Source: Verrucomicrobiales bacterium
GTDB lineage: Bacteria; Verrucomicrobiota; Verrucomicrobiia; Verrucomicrobiales; SLCJ01
Length of the DNA: 64,000 nt
Direction of reading: 5' to 3'
NCBI GenBank assembly: GCA_046075565.1
Contig: JBJTQJ010000124.1
Location: 10,953-74,952, forward strand
Shown here in pieces: positions 61,601 to 64,000 of the stretch. Position 1 is the first letter of the stretch; every line of letters starts with the position of its first letter. Under the pieces are notes generated by a model. The model was not told where the DNA came from, ran no database searches, and was given only the letters and a program-made list of their open reading frames with translations. A program made the position numbers and the translations under genes.

Positions 61601-64000
61601 GTGTCAGTTATGCCCGCGCCGAGGTTCTGATGGACCAGGAGAGTTACCAGGAAGCGCTCGATGAAATCGAGACCGTCCTCCGCCGCGAACCCAAACATCC
61701 CGACGCCCTGCTTCTCCAAGGACGAATCAATTTCTTCATCCGCAAGTTGGTCGAGGCCAGCGAGATCGAACTCGGACCTTCGGAAACCGACACCGTGATC
61801 GTGCCCGGCGAAGCGGTGAAGATCAACCTGCGCGACCCGACCCTCCGCGTCTCCGGCATGGGAGCGGACATCGAAGTCGAGATCTGGGCCAAGTCCGGCG
61901 ACCGCGAACGGGTCATGCTTTACCAACTCGGTGACAGCAAGGACAAATTCCGCGCCGAAATCCCCACTGCCCTCGGCCCGCCCACTCCCGGCGACAAAGC
62001 CCTACAGATCCTCGGCGTGGATGAAATCCGCTTCGGCTACTCGAAAGAGTTCCGGGCCAAGATGAAGGACCTGCCCGCCGATCCGGATACCGTGATCAGC
62101 GTCGCTTCCGATGCTTATCTCGCGGTGTCCGCGGGGGCCTTCCCTCCGCGGGAAGGGGAACGCAAACTCGCCATCGAGGAACTCGGGTTGTCCACCGCCC
62201 AGGCCGCCCTCGGCACCCGCAGCGTGCGGCCCGGCAATCCGGTTTTCATCCGCGTGACCGACGCCGACCGCAGCGTGACGAGCGGCCAGGATGAAATTGC
62301 TGTCAGCATTACCACTTCCTCCGGCGATGAAATCCGCCAACTGCCGCTCAAGGAAACTTCTCCCTACAGTGGTGAGTTCGAAGCGACTGTTCCGACCAGC
62401 GGCGGCCAGGCCCTCGCCTTTGCCTCCGAAAGCGCCCCCGGCCGCGACCCGAACATGGCCATCAGTTCGCGCGAGTATCCAGGATGGCAAGGTGAAGCCG
62501 GCAAAAAGGATGTCACCCGCATTTTCGGCGTCGATCTGAACGACAATGCCGCTCCCGGCACGATGACCATTGAATCCGGTGGTGCCGGCAGTGCGCTCAC
62601 CCACTTTGTCCTTCAGACATCAATGAGCGGAACCCATTGGAAAACCGGCGTGCGTTTCCCCTCCGACCCCGCTCCCTGGGATGGTCGTCCGCATTTGTCC
62701 TCGATTCCCATTTTCCGCTCCGGCCTCGAGGTCTCGGATCCGGTCGATCGCACCTTGCCCGAAGATTGGAAGGAAAACCTGGAACTGAAGTCCGCCCGGC
62801 CCGGAATGAAGTATCTCGCCGCCTATGTGCCCAAACTCTCCGATGGCAACTTGCCCGTGGTCGATACCGGTCATCCCGGGTATAGTGCGCTTGTTAGGTA
62901 TCGTGCCCTGTTTTACCAGCCCGCTGCCGCCGTCCGGCGTTTCCAATTGGCGGGGCTTCCCGGCAGTGATGGAAAGACCATCAACACCATCTTCCTGCTC
63001 AATGGCCAGCCCGCCGAAGCCGACTCCGAGGATCCCTTTTCCATCACCCGCGAGTTGGCTCCCGGTCTCCACGAGATCGAATTCTGGCACCGCGAGGGCC
63101 GGGACAATTTCCTAAAACGCCGCCCGGTGATCCTTTGCGACGAACCGGGCAAACAGGAATTGGTGCCTTGCCCGGATTCCATGTTTGATCCCGCAAGCTT
63201 CCCCGAAGGATTACGCGCCCAACTTCCCGAGCCGCCCGTTATCACATCGTCCGCGCCCGGCAAATTCGATGTGACCTTTGGAAAAAACACCCAAACCCGG
63301 CTGCTGCGTTTGGTCATCCAAGGGTTCGAAGGCTTGGTTCCCACCATCACCAAGGTCAAGCTGACCGATCGCTCCGGAACCGCATTGTTGCCGGTGGCCG
63401 GCGACTTCCTTGAACTCCGCCAGAATTCCCAGCTCGAAGTCCTGCCCGGCGATCAAATCACCGTCCGTTATATCGATCCGGTCACCGCCACCCCGCGCCG
63501 CGAGCGTCATGAAGGCAGACTGACCGCCGCCTTCAACACCGGCACCCTCACCGCGTCTTTCCTCAATTACGAAATGAACAAGGAAGGCGAACGTGTCCTC
63601 GTGCTCGAACCCATCCGCCGCTTCCGTCATGACGACGCCGTGGCCCTGGTCGTTGACGATGCCGATCTCGATGGCGGCCCGACCCGCGACACCGTGGACA
63701 TCAAAATCAAGAGCAGTGCGGGGGCCGAAATCACCATCAAGGCCGTGGAAACGGAAGATCAGAGCGGGCGATTCATCGGGCGAGTCTTCCCGGTCAAAGG
63801 ACAACCGGAACGCGATTCGGAAATCCACCTCCCGGAAGGCGGAACCCTGACCGCCCTATACCGCGATGTGGAAAACCTCGATCCCGGCATCCCAACCGAT
63901 CGTTCGGTCACGATTACCCAGGCCAAATACGAGGTGCCCGGCATGCAGGCTTACGCCATGGCATCGGAAGCCTTGCCACCCCCGCCGCCGAGCAAGAAAG
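58621..64000 (+). CDS. Second giant secreted TPR protein (>1790 aa, 3'-partial), paralog of 50406-58226; absent from the ORF track
   Basis: MKKFVFIGVHSWFAVSAFAAPLDDQITAFK...; spot-checked in frame to the window end. Shared blocks IPVDETDPAFPIYKSQAEF / IPVTPDDPTFPVYQSQADW and PGRDPNMAIS / PGRNPNMVIS. Confidence 0.85.
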   Translation, partial: MKKFVFIGVHSWFAVSAFAAPLDDQITAFKGAAAQTEASVSVILQSGLKEGRSAQAYAAVKPWLSAQPALSPKAMFEAGQVAERAGEWSDAVGFYRKFLNQPTLDATLAAEVVPATYVLLINHLADSEGAYLYMREAGDRLRGYGRARQFDTWFIEQAKSRSDVPALCLRLSSILAEDAGKATTHAADLAWVCTQLETLAAPDEAWFEAAGKLAGLPNVPPAIKARIGWSMAILPFSTEATELFRAKKPVPETLLDKPRAAAAALLAASPYEGSISVARGWMNMNEGHTPNLQDYVAQHREFKTAPLLAALATLSPAQVHSVLVSRGCPRGRPISMLFSTAELRSLVQKIPSAFNSLLAVDVPLLDPTLTVEEARALAPHLARNPHPQAAIIRAIAAAGSLEPELLVPALIKSETWRFSTIKDVAKALTDNRIAEGKVNQLLKDVPEAAPDPLAAQVQASAKPEDRRAAFEKLSKELLSPSPSTSGLLQRWKDLFANAPDAELNTMLKTLSGNLQGEGEMLFRFTLDNTTISKSGRLPWRAYLHGNHFAYHRGPTQKGGADFLAHVEILLRQQMQAGTINETIFGVWLHSNNVGKPESKALFKELLNSPAMAKLNPDYLKIAGDSNLFPDLVLSASVATVSPAVISRELIDLPGNANPAQVEAAFKAVVDRLATNPQPVAPIALHKVAQLPEWSAQTRDLAAQLFGKHPPIGTFPPKQGWEPMVIRATKELKAGQQWGAIEPWAAGLWHAAAATDDERTYDAVEAMIAYAEAALEAGAPSSAMTIARGGLRSTAVKNLTTRTEPKLATMRARLQKAVGMAAGAIGAFEIPVDETDPAFPIYKSQAEFVQGNLDSAWELYTAHAAKLPEVLRQLPVDYSFWLLQRNMETNRAEDAEALIKELTIWSRQAEGTFTAEQDARLRIAYADLALRKGAYPTARAWYRRVADAAEYQGTEMYLLAALGSVKVDRVSKNYSAAMAELDKLAKLTNPAFRSRVSYARAEVLMDQESYQEALDEIETVLRREPKHPDALLLQGRINFFIRKLVEASEIELGPSETDTVIVPGEAVKINLRDPTLRVSGMGADIEVEIWAKSGDRERVMLYQLGDSKDKFRAEIPTALGPPTPGDKALQILGVDEIRFGYSKEFRAKMKDLPADPDTVISVASDAYLAVSAGAFPPREGERKLAIEELGLSTAQAALGTRSVRPGNPVFIRVTDADRSVTSGQDEIAVSITTSSGDEIRQLPLKETSPYSGEFEATVPTSGGQALAFASESAPGRDPNMAISSREYPGWQGEAGKKDVTRIFGVDLNDNAAPGTMTIESGGAGSALTHFVLQTSMSGTHWKTGVRFPSDPAPWDGRPHLSSIPIFRSGLEVSDPVDRTLPEDWKENLELKSARPGMKYLAAYVPKLSDGNLPVVDTGHPGYSALVRYRALFYQPAAAVRRFQLAGLPGSDGKTINTIFLLNGQPAEADSEDPFSITRELAPGLHEIEFWHREGRDNFLKRRPVILCDEPGKQELVPCPDSMFDPASFPEGLRAQLPEPPVITSSAPGKFDVTFGKNTQTRLLRLVIQGFEGLVPTITKVKLTDRSGTALLPVAGDFLELRQNSQLEVLPGDQITVRYIDPVTATPRRERHEGRLTAAFNTGTLTASFLNYEMNKEGERVLVLEPIRRFRHDDAVALVVDDADLDGGPTRDTVDIKIKSSAGAEITIKAVETEDQSGRFIGRVFPVKGQPERDSEIHLPEGGTLTALYRDVENLDPGIPTDRSVTITQAKYEVPGMQAYAMASEALPPPPPSKK

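Overview
GC-rich bacterial chromosomal window, most likely from Verrucomicrobiales (Luteolibacter/Haloferula-like). This is inferred from the PSD1 cytochrome/DUF1501 pair, SHD1-like, DUF6288-like and GxxExxY genes. It holds housekeeping genes (DAHP synthase, pilT-family ATPase, MsbA-like ABC exporter, recO, prfB, trmD, class I fumarase, pgi, glnD) and carbohydrate-active genes (GH95, GH1, two six-hairpin-type glycosidases, uxuA, a secreted GSDH/cytochrome c protein). It ends in an operon of more than 17 kb encoding four secreted TPR proteins, the last running off the window and missing from the ORF track. The most striking unexplained structure is a family of cassettes bounded by ~30-bp inverted repeats built from three CAC(A/G)(G/A)AT units. 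Two cassettes carry a GxxExxY PD-(D/E)XK-like gene and one is gene-less, and all sit between co-transcribed operon genes. In one case the repeat itself encodes the signal peptide of the next giant protein. Also present are two inactivated HUH tyrosine-transposase loci with their own palindromic repeats (one REP nested inside another), a divergent Fic-like two-gene module, and several accessory genes broken by nonsense codons or frameshifts. No rRNA, tRNA or CRISPR array was recognised.
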